Shown here one piece after another: positions 31,193-40,389 of a DNA stretch of 64,000 nt (position 1 is its first letter; each line of letters begins with the position of its first letter). A program made the position numbers and the translations under genes. Location: the NCBI RefSeq assembly GCF_021246445.1, contig NZ_JAJQXW010000003.1:248001-312000 (forward strand), written 5' to 3'. The notes under the pieces were generated by a model, which saw only the letters and a program-made list of their open reading frames with translations, was not told the DNA's origin and ran no database searches. This DNA is from Rhabdothermincola salaria (GTDB lineage: Bacteria > Actinomycetota > Acidimicrobiia > Acidimicrobiales > Acidimicrobilacustridaceae).

Positions 31193-31849
31193 GTGTCCAC
31201 GACCGAGCAGGATCGAACCGACGGCGCGACGGCAGCGTTCTCCGAGGCGGTGAAGGCCGCTTCCTGGGAGGTCCACGAGCACGCCGAGCACTCCCGGTAC
31301 ATGCAGGACCTCATGGCCGGGCGGCTCGACCGGGCGGCCTACGCCCGGCTCGTCGCCCAGCAGTACTTCGCCTACCGGGACCTGGAGGCGGCCTCGCAGC
31401 GCATGGCCGACGATCCCATCGGGTCCCGCTTCGTCTTCCCGGAGCTGTACCGCCTCCCGGCTCTGCACGCCGACCTCGACGCCCTCTTGGGCCGCGGATG
31501 GCGATCCAGCATCGAGCCCACGCCTGCCACGGCCGCCTACTGCGGCCGCCTCCGCGACGTGGCCGCCACCGACCCCGGCGCCTATGTGGCCCACCACTAC
31601 GTGCGCTACATGGGCGACCTCTCCGGTGGTCAGGTCATCCGGCGGGTCGTCGAGCGCACCTACGACATCGCCGACCACGCCGGCACCAGCTTCTACGTCT
31701 TCGACCGCGTCGACCCCAAGGCGTTCAAGCAGCAGTACCGCCTCCGGCTCGACGCCACGCCCTGGACCGAGCCGGAGAAGGCCCGCATCATCGACGAGGT
31801 GCTGCTCGCCTACCGCCTCAACACCGACGTCCTGGCCGAGCTCGCCTGA
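31193..31849 (+). CDS. hmuO: Biliverdin-producing heme oxygenase (HmuO-like)
   Basis: GGAGGAG RBS; HEHAEHS proximal His; AHHYVRYMGDLSGGQ. Confidence 0.92.
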   Translation: MSTTEQDRTDGATAAFSEAVKAASWEVHEHAEHSRYMQDLMAGRLDRAAYARLVAQQYFAYRDLEAASQRMADDPIGSRFVFPELYRLPALHADLDALLGRGWRSSIEPTPATAAYCGRLRDVAATDPGAYVAHHYVRYMGDLSGGQVIRRVVERTYDIADHAGTSFYVFDRVDPKAFKQQYRLRLDATPWTEPEKARIIDEVLLAYRLNTDVLAELA

Positions 31850-31984
31850 GTCCGAGGGGTACCCGCCCCCATGACCAGCTCGCGTCGACGGCTGTGAGGG
31901 TCCGTCGACGAGGGTCGGCCCGCCCGCCGGGGGGCTGGACACCCCGGCGGGTGGGACCGCCCGTCCCGCGTGGGCGCCGTCGGG

Positions 31985-32716
31985 TCAGGCGCGGACGACG
32001 CCCACCAGGGCGACGGTGGCCGTCACCGCCAACAGCACGGTGACCACCTGGCGGAACCGTTCGGGGCCCACACGACCGCGGTGGCGCAACCCCAGACCGA
32101 ACCCGAGCCCCAGGCCCGGGAGGGCGGCCGCCAGCGCCCACCAGATGTCAGCGTCGTAGCGCCCCCCGAGGGCGAACAGCGCGACGGTGAGCACGCCGGA
32201 GCCGGCCAGCACCGCGGTGAGCGTGCCGCGAAAGCGCGGCGGGGGGAGGTGCCGGGCGTGCAGGGCCATGACCAGCGGGGGGCCGTTGGTGGCCAGGGCC
32301 GTGTTGAGCGCCCCACTGACCGCACCGGCCGCGGCGTCGACCCCACGGCTGGCCCGTGACGGTCGGCGGCCCAGCAGGTCGACTGCCAGGAACGTGACGA
32401 TCACCCCGACGAGGACGAGCCGTAGTTGGCGCTCGGTCGTGACGACCAGGACGAGGAACCCGAAGGGAGCGCCCACCGCCGCCCCACCCAGCATCCACGC
32501 CACGGTGCGCCGATCGGCGTGGGCGCGTTCGGCCCACGCCTGACCGGAGCTGGTGAGCACCCCGAGCGTCGCCGCGATCACCACGGCCGTCTCCGGCGGG
32601 ACGACCAGGGACATGAACGGCACGGCCAGCAGGGCGAAGCCGAAACCGGTGACGGTCTGCACCCCGGCCGCCATGGCCACCACCACGGCGACGAGGACGA
32701 CCTCGGTGCCGGTCAC
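31985..32716 (-). CDS. TauE/SafE-family membrane protein
   Basis: TVTGFGFALLAVP, GALNTALATNGPPLV; 8 bp downstream of lysA. Confidence 0.8.
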   Translation of the reverse strand: MTGTEVVLVAVVVAMAAGVQTVTGFGFALLAVPFMSLVVPPETAVVIAATLGVLTSSGQAWAERAHADRRTVAWMLGGAAVGAPFGFLVLVVTTERQLRLVLVGVIVTFLAVDLLGRRPSRASRGVDAAAGAVSGALNTALATNGPPLVMALHARHLPPPRFRGTLTAVLAGSGVLTVALFALGGRYDADIWWALAAALPGLGLGFGLGLRHRGRVGPERFRQVVTVLLAVTATVALVGVVRA

Positions 32717-32724
32717 CGTGGGCG

Positions 32725-33996
32725 TCAGACGACGTCGAGGGAGAGGAGGTCGTCGGCGGTCTCCCGACGCACCACCAGCCGGGCGTCGCCGTCGGCCACG
32801 AACACGACCGCCGGCCGGGGGACCTTGTTGTACGTGGACCCCATCGAGTGGCCGTAGGCCCCGGTGACGGGCGTGGCCAGGACGTCGCCGACGACGAGGT
32901 CGGCCGGCACCCGGGCGTCGCGGACGAGCACGTCGCCGCTCTCGCAGTGCTTGCCCACCACGGTGACGACCCGGGGCCGCTCGGCCTGCACGGCGCGGGG
33001 CAGGAACGCCTCGTAGCCGCTGCCGTAGAGCACCGGGCGGGGGTTGTCGCTCATGCCCCCGTCGACCGAGACGTAGGTGCGGATGCCGGGGATGTCCTTG
33101 ATGGTGCCCACCCGGTAGAGCGTCATCCCGGCCTGGGCCACCAGCGCCCGGCCCGGCTCGGCCGTCACCGTGGCGGTGATGCCGGCCTCGGCCACGGCGC
33201 GCCGCACCGCGGCCCCCCATTCGGTGATGGAAGGGGCCTCCTCGCCCTCCACGTAGGCCACACCCAGCCCCCCGCCGAGGGACAGCTCCGGCAGGTCGTG
33301 GCGCTGCACGAACGGGGCCAGCGCCTCGACCGCCAGCTCGAAGAAGCGGGCCTCGAACACCTGGGACCCGATGTGGGCGTGCACCCCGACCAGGTCGAAG
33401 GCGGGTGAGGCCCGCACCGCCTCCACCGCCCGGTCGGCGTCGCCGACCTTCAACCCGAAACCGAACTTGGAGTCGTCCTGGCCGGTGCGCACGAACTCGT
33501 GGGTGTGAGCCTCGACGCCGGGCGTGATGCGCAGCAGCGCCCGTGCCGGAGGGAGACCCTCGGCGACCAGGCGCTCGATGCGGGCGATCTCGTCGAAGGA
33601 GTCGACCACCACCCGGCCCACGCCTTCCTCGAGCGCCCGTCGCAGCTCCGGCTCGCTCTTGTTGTTGCCGTGCAGGACGAGGCGCTCCGGCGCGACCCCC
33701 GCGGCGCGGGCGACGTGGTACTCGCCACCGGTGGAGACGTCGAGGTTGCAGCCCTCCTCGCTGGCCAGGCGGGCCATGGCCATGCACAGGAAGGCCTTGG
33801 TGGCGTAGTTGACCCCGGGACCGAAGGCGGCGACCGCCTCACGGCACCGGGCTCGCAGGTGGGCCTCGTCGTAGACGAAGAGGGGCGTGCCGAACTCGCG
33901 GGCCAGCTCGAGGGTGTCGCAGCCACCGACGAGCAGTTGGCCCTGCTCCCCCACCGAGGCGGTCTGGGGCAGCAACGAGAACGGCAGGACGCTCAC
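32725..33996 (-). CDS. lysA: Diaminopimelate decarboxylase
   Basis: GTPLFVYDE, YATKAF, HGNNKS, DSKFG, HAHIGSQ, GKHCESGD. Confidence 0.96.
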   Translation of the reverse strand: MSVLPFSLLPQTASVGEQGQLLVGGCDTLELAREFGTPLFVYDEAHLRARCREAVAAFGPGVNYATKAFLCMAMARLASEEGCNLDVSTGGEYHVARAAGVAPERLVLHGNNKSEPELRRALEEGVGRVVVDSFDEIARIERLVAEGLPPARALLRITPGVEAHTHEFVRTGQDDSKFGFGLKVGDADRAVEAVRASPAFDLVGVHAHIGSQVFEARFFELAVEALAPFVQRHDLPELSLGGGLGVAYVEGEEAPSITEWGAAVRRAVAEAGITATVTAEPGRALVAQAGMTLYRVGTIKDIPGIRTYVSVDGGMSDNPRPVLYGSGYEAFLPRAVQAERPRVVTVVGKHCESGDVLVRDARVPADLVVGDVLATPVTGAYGHSMGSTYNKVPRPAVVFVADGDARLVVRRETADDLLSLDVV

Positions 33997-35600
33997 AGCT
34001 GGTCCGGTGCGCTCACGCCGAGCAGGTCCAGCCCGATCGCCAACCCCACCGCCGCCGCCTCGACCAGGGCCAGGCGGGCCTGGGTGAGCTCCGGGGAGAC
34101 GCCCTCTCCCAGCACGTAGCAGTCGTGGTAGAAGCCGTGCACGGTGCCGGCCAGCTCGCGCACCCACGTGCTGATGCGGTGCGGGGCCCGGTCGTTGGCG
34201 GCGGCCACGACGGTGTCGGGCAGCTCGGAGAGGGCCCGCAGGACATCGAGCTCGCGCTCGTGCACCAGCAGCGAGCGGTCGACGCCGGCCAGCGCCGAGG
34301 TGGCCACGCCCCGCTCGGCCGCCACCCGCTGGATGGAGCGGATGCGGGCGTAGGCCATCTGGACGTAGAAGACCGGGTTGTCCATGGCCCGGCTCTTCAC
34401 CACGTCGTAGTCGAAGGTCTGCGTGGAGTCGATGGACTGCAGCAGATAGGTGAGCCGGGCCGAGTCGGCCCCGACCTCGTCGAGGACCTCGGCCAGCTCC
34501 ACGATGTCGCCGGCTCGCTTGGAGAAGCGCACCGGTTGCCCGCCCTTGAGCAGGTTGACCAGCTGGATGATGGCGCACTCGAGCTCACCGGGGTCGTGGC
34601 CCAGGGCCTGCATGGCCGCCTTCATGCGGGGCACGTAGCCGTGGTGGTCGGCTCCCCACACGTCGATGAGCAGGTCGTGGCCCCGGGCGAACTTGTCGCG
34701 GTGGTAGGCGATGTCGGGCAGCAGGTAGGTGTACTCGCCGTCGCTCTTGACCAGGACGCGGTCCTTGTCGTCGCCGAAGTCGGTGGAGCGCAGCCACACC
34801 GCCCCGTCGTGGTCGTACACCACCCCCCGCTCACGCAGGTCGGCCAGGGTGGTGGTGATGGCGCCGGACTCGACCATCGACCGTTCGCTGAACCACACGT
34901 CGAAGTGCACGTTCATGCGCCGCAGCGTCTCGCGGTGGTCCTCGACCGCCCGGGCCTCGCCCCACTCCAGCAGGTCGGCCCCTTCGGGGATCTCGGCCGC
35001 CCAGTCGACGATGTACTGGCCCTGGTAGCCGCCCTCGGGCACGTCCTCGCCCCGCTGGCGAGCGGCCAGGGAGGCGACGAAGAGCTGCATCTGGGTGCCG
35101 CGGTCGTTGAGGTAGTTCTCGCGGCTCACCACGTGCCCGGTGCGCTCGAGGACCCGGGCCAGCGAGTCGCCGTAGGCCGCGCCTCGACCGTGGCCGGCGT
35201 GCAACGGTCCTGTGGGGTTGGCGCTCACGAACTCCACCAGCACCCGGGCGCCACCACCCATGTCGCTGCGGGCGTAGCCCTCGACCCCGGCCTCGAGAAC
35301 CTCGCCGAGCACGTCGTGGAGCCACGAGTCAGCCAGGCGGAAGTTCACGAACCCGGGTCCGGCCACCTCGACGGCGGTGACGTGCGCCGGCGGGTCGGCC
35401 TCGAGCACCTGGGCCAGGCGGGTGGCCAGGTCGCGAGGGTTCCAGCCGGCCTTCTTGGCCGCCACCAGCGCCACGTTGGACGACCAGTCGCCGTGCTCTC
35501 GCCGCGCCGGACGTTCGAGGTTGATCGTCTCGGGAAGGGGATTGACCTCGAGGGTCGAGAGCGCCGTTCGCAGGGCGCCGGCGAGGTGGTCGCGGATCAC
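33993..35600 (-). CDS. argS: Arginine--tRNA ligase
   Basis: AGPGFVNF, VEFVSANPTGPLHAGHGR, WGADHHGY, SKRAG, YVQMAYAR. Confidence 0.97.
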   Translation of the reverse strand: MIRDHLAGALRTALSTLEVNPLPETINLERPARREHGDWSSNVALVAAKKAGWNPRDLATRLAQVLEADPPAHVTAVEVAGPGFVNFRLADSWLHDVLGEVLEAGVEGYARSDMGGGARVLVEFVSANPTGPLHAGHGRGAAYGDSLARVLERTGHVVSRENYLNDRGTQMQLFVASLAARQRGEDVPEGGYQGQYIVDWAAEIPEGADLLEWGEARAVEDHRETLRRMNVHFDVWFSERSMVESGAITTTLADLRERGVVYDHDGAVWLRSTDFGDDKDRVLVKSDGEYTYLLPDIAYHRDKFARGHDLLIDVWGADHHGYVPRMKAAMQALGHDPGELECAIIQLVNLLKGGQPVRFSKRAGDIVELAEVLDEVGADSARLTYLLQSIDSTQTFDYDVVKSRAMDNPVFYVQMAYARIRSIQRVAAERGVATSALAGVDRSLLVHERELDVLRALSELPDTVVAAANDRAPHRISTWVRELAGTVHGFYHDCYVLGEGVSPELTQARLALVEAAAVGLAIGLDLLGVSAPDQL

Positions 35601-35752
35601 GGGTGTCCTTCGACGATCGGGGGGTGTGGCGGAGGGGGATCCTACCGTCGCCTCCCGGCCGGGCCCGAGGCCGTTCGGCACCCGCCCGGCGGCGAGCCCG
35701 CCCGATGGCATCGATCCTTCCGTAGCGGCCGCGACGACGCGATGCTGAGTGG

Positions 35753-36130
35753 GTGAAGACCATCGGCAACGTCTTGTGGTTCGTGTTCGCCGGGCTCTGG
35801 CTGGCGCTCGGGTACGCCCTCGGTGGGCTGCTCATGTGCCTGACCATCATCGGCATCCCGTTCGGCATCCAGTCCTTCAAGCTCGCCCAGTTCTCGCTGT
35901 GGCCGTTCGGCCGCCGCGTGGTGCCCCGGGAACGCCGGGGAGGCTGCCTGGAGACGGTGGCCAACGTGGTGTGGCTGGTGCTGTTCGGCTGGGAGATCTT
36001 CCTCGTCCACATCCTCGGCGGCCTGCTCCTGTGCCTGACCGTCATCGGCATCCCGTTCGGCATCCAGGCGTTCAAGCTCTCGGTGCTGGCCCTGTGGCCC
36101 TTCGGCAACGAGATCGTCGAGGACCACTGA
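35753..36130 (+). CDS. YccF-domain inner membrane protein
   Basis: Two internal repeats NVxW...CLT(I/V)IGIPFGIQxFKL...LWPFG. Confidence 0.9.
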   Translation: MKTIGNVLWFVFAGLWLALGYALGGLLMCLTIIGIPFGIQSFKLAQFSLWPFGRRVVPRERRGGCLETVANVVWLVLFGWEIFLVHILGGLLLCLTVIGIPFGIQAFKLSVLALWPFGNEIVEDH

Positions 36131-36217
36131 CGAAGGACCACTGACGGAGCCGACCGAACGAGGCGCTATCGTTGCCCGACGGCCTGCGGGCCGCCGGCCG
36201 GGCCTCCTGGCCCACCA

Positions 36218-36289
36218 GCCCTCGTAGCTCAGGGGATAGAGCATCGGCCTCCGGAGCCGTGTGCGCAGGTTCGAATCCTGCCGAGGGCG
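36218..36289 (+). tRNA. tRNA-Arg(CCG), CCA not encoded
   Basis: Acceptor GCCCTCG/CGAGGGC, D-arm TAGCTCAGGGGATAGAGC, anticodon loop CT-CCG-GA, T-loop GGTTCGAATCC; divergent from argS as is usual in Actinobacteria. Confidence 0.96.
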
Positions 36290-36305
36290 CTCGTGTGATG
36301 TGGGG

Positions 36306-36333
36306 CTCGACCTGCGGGCGGGCGCAGGTCGAG
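36306..36333 (+). terminator. Hairpin downstream of the tRNA
   Basis: CTCGACCTGCG-ggcggg-CGCAGGTCGAG. Confidence 0.7.
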
Positions 36334-36499
36334 GGTCGCCCGCCCCCTGTCGCCGCACCGCGTTCTCCCCTGGCCCCGGGCTCCTGCTCCGGCGAGCCAC
36401 CCAGTCGCCCTCGGAGGCGCACCACTAGGGTCGGAGAGGACCGGGACCACCCTTCCGCACGAGCCTGAGGCAGGCCGAGCCCATGACGACACCGCCACG

Positions 36500-38221
36500 A
36501 TGCCGGCGCTCCCGTTCCGGCGACCCAGCCCAGCGCGACAGCCACGGGCGACGGCGGTCGCACCCGTGAGCGGGCTGCGCCAACGCATCCACCCGGTGGT
36601 GTTCCCGCTCTCGGCGGGGCTCATCGTCGTGTTCTCGGTGCTCAGCATGGCCTTCAGCGACACCTCCGAACGAGTGTTGACCGACGTGCTGGGCTTCGTC
36701 ACCGACACCTTCGGCTGGTTCCTCATCGCCACCGTGGCCGGCCTCGCGGTGCTGTGCCTGGTGCTCATCGTCGGACCGTACGGATCGGTACGGCTGGGGC
36801 CGGACGACGCCACCCCCGACTACGGCCACGCCACCTGGTTCGCCATGCTCTTCAGCGCCGGCATGGGCATCGGCCTCGTCTACTGGGCGGTCGCCGAGCC
36901 GCTCACCCACCTCGCCCAGCCACCCCGGGCCGATCCCGGCAGCGCCGAGGCGGCCCAGGACGCCATGGTGCTGACCTTCCACCACTGGGGAATCGGCCCG
37001 TGGGCCGTCTACGCCGTGCTCGGTGCCTCCCTGGCCTACTTCGGCTACCGCCACGGCCTCCCGCTCGGCGTCCGCAGCGCGCTGTACCCCCTCATCGGCG
37101 AGCGGATGAACGGCTGGATGGGCCACCTCGTCGACACCGCCGCCGTGCTCGGCACGATGTTCGGCGTCGCCACCTCCCTCGGCCTCGGGGTCATGCAGCT
37201 CAACGCCGGACTCGAGGACGTCTTCGACATCGGCATCAGCACAGGGGTGCAGGTCGCCCTGGTGGCCGTCATCACCCTCATCGCGACCATCTCGGTGATG
37301 AGCGGGCTGGATCGTGGCATCCGGCTGCTGTCGCAGGGCAACCTGATCGCCGCCACCGCGCTGTTGGTGTTCGTGGCTCTCGCCGGCCCCACGGTGGTGC
37401 TGCTGGGGGCGTACCTGGAGAACACCGCCGGCTACATCAGCCGGTTCCTCGAGACCATCACCTGGACGGGCACCTACGAGGGCGACGGGTGGCTGTCGGA
37501 CTGGACGTTGTTCTACTGGGCCTGGTGGATCTCCTGGTCGCCCTTCGTCGGCATGTTCATTGCCCGGATCTCCCGGGGGCGCACCATCCGGGAGTTCACC
37601 CTCGGCGTGCTCATCGTGCCGACGCTGGTGAGCTTCCTCTGGTTCACGGTGATGGGCAACACCGCCATCGACATCCAGCTCAGCGGCGCGGCGGACCTCG
37701 TGGATCGGTCCTTGGAGGACCCCTCCTTCGGCCTGTTCGCCATGCTCGCCGAGCTGCCGTTCGGCACCGTCACCACGGTGCTGGCCATGGGGCTGATCGT
37801 CATCTTCTTCGTCACCAGTTCCGACTCGGGCTCGTTCGTGATCAGCCTGTTGTCCACCAGGGGCTCCGAGGACGCCCCCGGGCCGATCCGGCTCTTCTGG
37901 GCCCTCGCCGAGGGCCTGTTGGCGGCCGCCCTGCTCCTCGCCGGAGGCCTCGTGGCCCTGCAGGCCGGGGCGGTGGCCATGGGCCTGCCGTTCGCCATGG
38001 TGCTGGTGATCGTGGCCTTCGGGCTCATGCGGGGCCTGCGAGCCGAACGCGCCGGGCGCCCTCCCGGACCGTCACTCGAGACCGGTGACGACGACAGCGC
38101 CGCACCCGAGGCGGATCGCACCCGAGCGGGACGAGATCCGACGACGGGCGCGAACGGCGACCGAGCGGGACACCCGGTAGACCAGGAGGCACCGATGCCG
38201 CAACGGGAGGACGGACGATGA
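36500..38221 (+). CDS. BCCT-family (BetP-like) glycine betaine transporter
   Basis: WFAMLFSAGMGIGLVY, FHHWG, WTLFYWAWWISWSPFVGMFIARISRGRTIREF. Confidence 0.93.
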   Translation: MPALPFRRPSPARQPRATAVAPVSGLRQRIHPVVFPLSAGLIVVFSVLSMAFSDTSERVLTDVLGFVTDTFGWFLIATVAGLAVLCLVLIVGPYGSVRLGPDDATPDYGHATWFAMLFSAGMGIGLVYWAVAEPLTHLAQPPRADPGSAEAAQDAMVLTFHHWGIGPWAVYAVLGASLAYFGYRHGLPLGVRSALYPLIGERMNGWMGHLVDTAAVLGTMFGVATSLGLGVMQLNAGLEDVFDIGISTGVQVALVAVITLIATISVMSGLDRGIRLLSQGNLIAATALLVFVALAGPTVVLLGAYLENTAGYISRFLETITWTGTYEGDGWLSDWTLFYWAWWISWSPFVGMFIARISRGRTIREFTLGVLIVPTLVSFLWFTVMGNTAIDIQLSGAADLVDRSLEDPSFGLFAMLAELPFGTVTTVLAMGLIVIFFVTSSDSGSFVISLLSTRGSEDAPGPIRLFWALAEGLLAAALLLAGGLVALQAGAVAMGLPFAMVLVIVAFGLMRGLRAERAGRPPGPSLETGDDDSAAPEADRTRAGRDPTTGANGDRAGHPVDQEAPMPQREDGR

Positions 38222-38661
38222 CGGGACGCGTGGTGGTCGGTGTCGATCTCGACGACGCCTCGGCAGTCGCGCTGCGCGAGGCCGTCCGGGAAGCCCGCTG
38301 GCGGGGGGCAGCCCTCGAGATCGTCCACGTGCACCACCCGGCGACCGCCGCCACGGCGTTCCCGGTGCCCGCCGGGAGGGGCAAGGACCGGCCCGACCCC
38401 GAAGGCGTCCGACGCCGCGCCGCCGAGGCGCTCGACACCTGGCTCGACACCGTCGACGTCGACCTCACCGATCTCGAGGTCACCCGGGTGCTCCGCGGCG
38501 CCCGACACCCCGGCCGTGAGCTCGAGGCACTCGGACGCGGCGCCGCCCTGGTGGTGGTGGGCACCCGTCGCCGTCCGGCCATCGCCACCTCCTTGCTGGG
38601 CAGCGTCGGCGAGCACCTGGCCCGGCGCTGCCCGGCACCCGTGTTGCACACACGCAGCTGA
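38218..38661 (+). CDS. Universal stress protein
   Basis: RVVVGVD...ALVVVGTR...LLGSVGEHLARRCPAPVL; ATGA-coupled to the BCCT gene. Confidence 0.88.
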   Translation: MTGRVVVGVDLDDASAVALREAVREARWRGAALEIVHVHHPATAATAFPVPAGRGKDRPDPEGVRRRAAEALDTWLDTVDVDLTDLEVTRVLRGARHPGRELEALGRGAALVVVGTRRRPAIATSLLGSVGEHLARRCPAPVLHTRS

Positions 38662-38696
38662 GGCACGGCGAGCACCGCCCGCACCTCGCCGGCGGG

Positions 38697-40268
38697 TCAG
38701 CCCTCGCTGGCCTCGGGCAGGTCGCCGGGGTAGACGAGGCGCACGACCACGGCGGCGACCAAGGGCACCGCGGCACCGACGAGCAGGGCGAGGGTCATCC
38801 CGTTGGTGAACGCCACCCCGGCGGTGTTGCGGATGGCCTCGCCGTAGGTGCCTCCGACGCGCGCCGCGGCGCCGACCGCCCCGGAGAGCGACTCGCGCAC
38901 GGCATCGAGCACCCCGCCGGGGAGCCGATCGGCGACGTCACCCGCGCGTGTCACCGCCTCGTCGATGCTCGAACGGTACGACGCCGCCAGGATCGCACCG
39001 AGCACCGCGACGCCGAGCGATCCCCCGATCTCGCCGATGGCGTCGTTCACCGCCGCCGCCGAGCCCGACTTCTCGCGAGGCACCGACCCGAGGATCCCGT
39101 TGGTGGCCTGGGGAAGGGCCAGGCCCAGCCCGCCGCCCATGAGCGCGAGCACGACACCGAGCACGACATAGGGGGTCGCCGTGGTGATGACCGAGGCCAC
39201 CCCCATGCCGACGGCGACCGCCGCCAACCCGACCACGACCACGGTGCGGGCGCCGACCCTCGCCGACCAGCGGGGGCTCAGCAGCGACGCCAGGAGCAGC
39301 CCGCCGGCGAGGGGCAGCACCCCGAGGCCCGACTCCAACGGGCTGTAGGACCACACCAGCTGGAGGAACTGGGGCACGAAGAACATCGTCCCGAACAGGG
39401 CGAAGTAGATGACCGCCACCGATCCCACCGACACGCTGAACACCCGCTGGGCGAACCAGCGGACCTGCAGCATCGGGGCCGAGGTGCGCAGCTCCCAGAC
39501 GACGAAGAGGGCGAGCAGGACCGACCCTCCCACCGCGGCGCCGACCGTGGCCGGGGCCACCCCCTGGTCGGGTACCTCCACCACGGAGTAGACGATGGCG
39601 ACCAACCCGGTCGTCGACAGCACCGCCCCCAACGGGTCGAGGCGGGGCCGGGACGGGTCGCGGGTCTCGGGCACGACCACCAGCACCGCGACCAGCAGCG
39701 GGACCACCAGGAGCGGGTTGACGAGGAAGATGGCGTGCCAGTCGAAGTGCTCCACCAGCAGACCTCCGAGGATCGGACCGAGGGCGACGGCCGCGCCCGC
39801 CACCGCCGCCCAGACGCCGATGGCCCGTCCCCGCTCGGCCGGGTCGGGGAACACCTGGGTGAGCACCGACAAGGTCGAGGGCATGATGAACGCGCCGCCG
39901 ACGCCCATGGCCGCCCGGCACAGGGTGAGCACCAGGGCGTCACCGGCCAGGGTGGCCGCCAGGGAGAACACGCCGAACACGACGAGACCCACGAGGAGCG
40001 CGAGCCGGCGCCCGTAGCGGTCGCCGAGGCTGCCGGCCAGCAACAACGAGCCGGCGAAGAGCAACGAGTAGCCGTCGACGATCCACTGCAGCTCCTCCTG
40101 GGTGGCGCCCAGGTCCTCCTGGAGCCGCGGCAGGGCCACGTTGACGATGGTGTTGTCGAGCGAGATCAGCGCCAGGCACCCCGACAGCACCGCCAGCACC
40201 AGCCAGCGCCGGCGGCGGGCTCTGTCCAGGTCGGGGGCGTCGGGCTGCTCCGCGGTGTCGCCAGGCAC
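38697..40268 (-). CDS. DHA2-family MFS efflux transporter
   Basis: LDNTIVNVALP, LQWIVDGY, GSLGDRYGRR, GPILGG; 14-TM pattern. Confidence 0.92.
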   Translation of the reverse strand: MPGDTAEQPDAPDLDRARRRRWLVLAVLSGCLALISLDNTIVNVALPRLQEDLGATQEELQWIVDGYSLLFAGSLLLAGSLGDRYGRRLALLVGLVVFGVFSLAATLAGDALVLTLCRAAMGVGGAFIMPSTLSVLTQVFPDPAERGRAIGVWAAVAGAAVALGPILGGLLVEHFDWHAIFLVNPLLVVPLLVAVLVVVPETRDPSRPRLDPLGAVLSTTGLVAIVYSVVEVPDQGVAPATVGAAVGGSVLLALFVVWELRTSAPMLQVRWFAQRVFSVSVGSVAVIYFALFGTMFFVPQFLQLVWSYSPLESGLGVLPLAGGLLLASLLSPRWSARVGARTVVVVGLAAVAVGMGVASVITTATPYVVLGVVLALMGGGLGLALPQATNGILGSVPREKSGSAAAVNDAIGEIGGSLGVAVLGAILAASYRSSIDEAVTRAGDVADRLPGGVLDAVRESLSGAVGAAARVGGTYGEAIRNTAGVAFTNGMTLALLVGAAVPLVAAVVVRLVYPGDLPEASEG

Positions 40269-40389
40269 GAGCCAGGACGTTAGACCCCGGTCGAGACGAT
40301 GGGTTCGACCGCCGCGTGGGCCATCGGGGTCGAGGCGACACGACCGGCTGCGCCGGCGGTGGAGCCGGCGATCCCGATCCGGCTCCGGA

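Noticed and set aside
35601..35752. T-box or lysine riboswitch ahead of argS-lysA
   Set aside because: The region is short and shared with the divergent yccF, and I found no T-box (TGGNACC) or lysine-riboswitch consensus.
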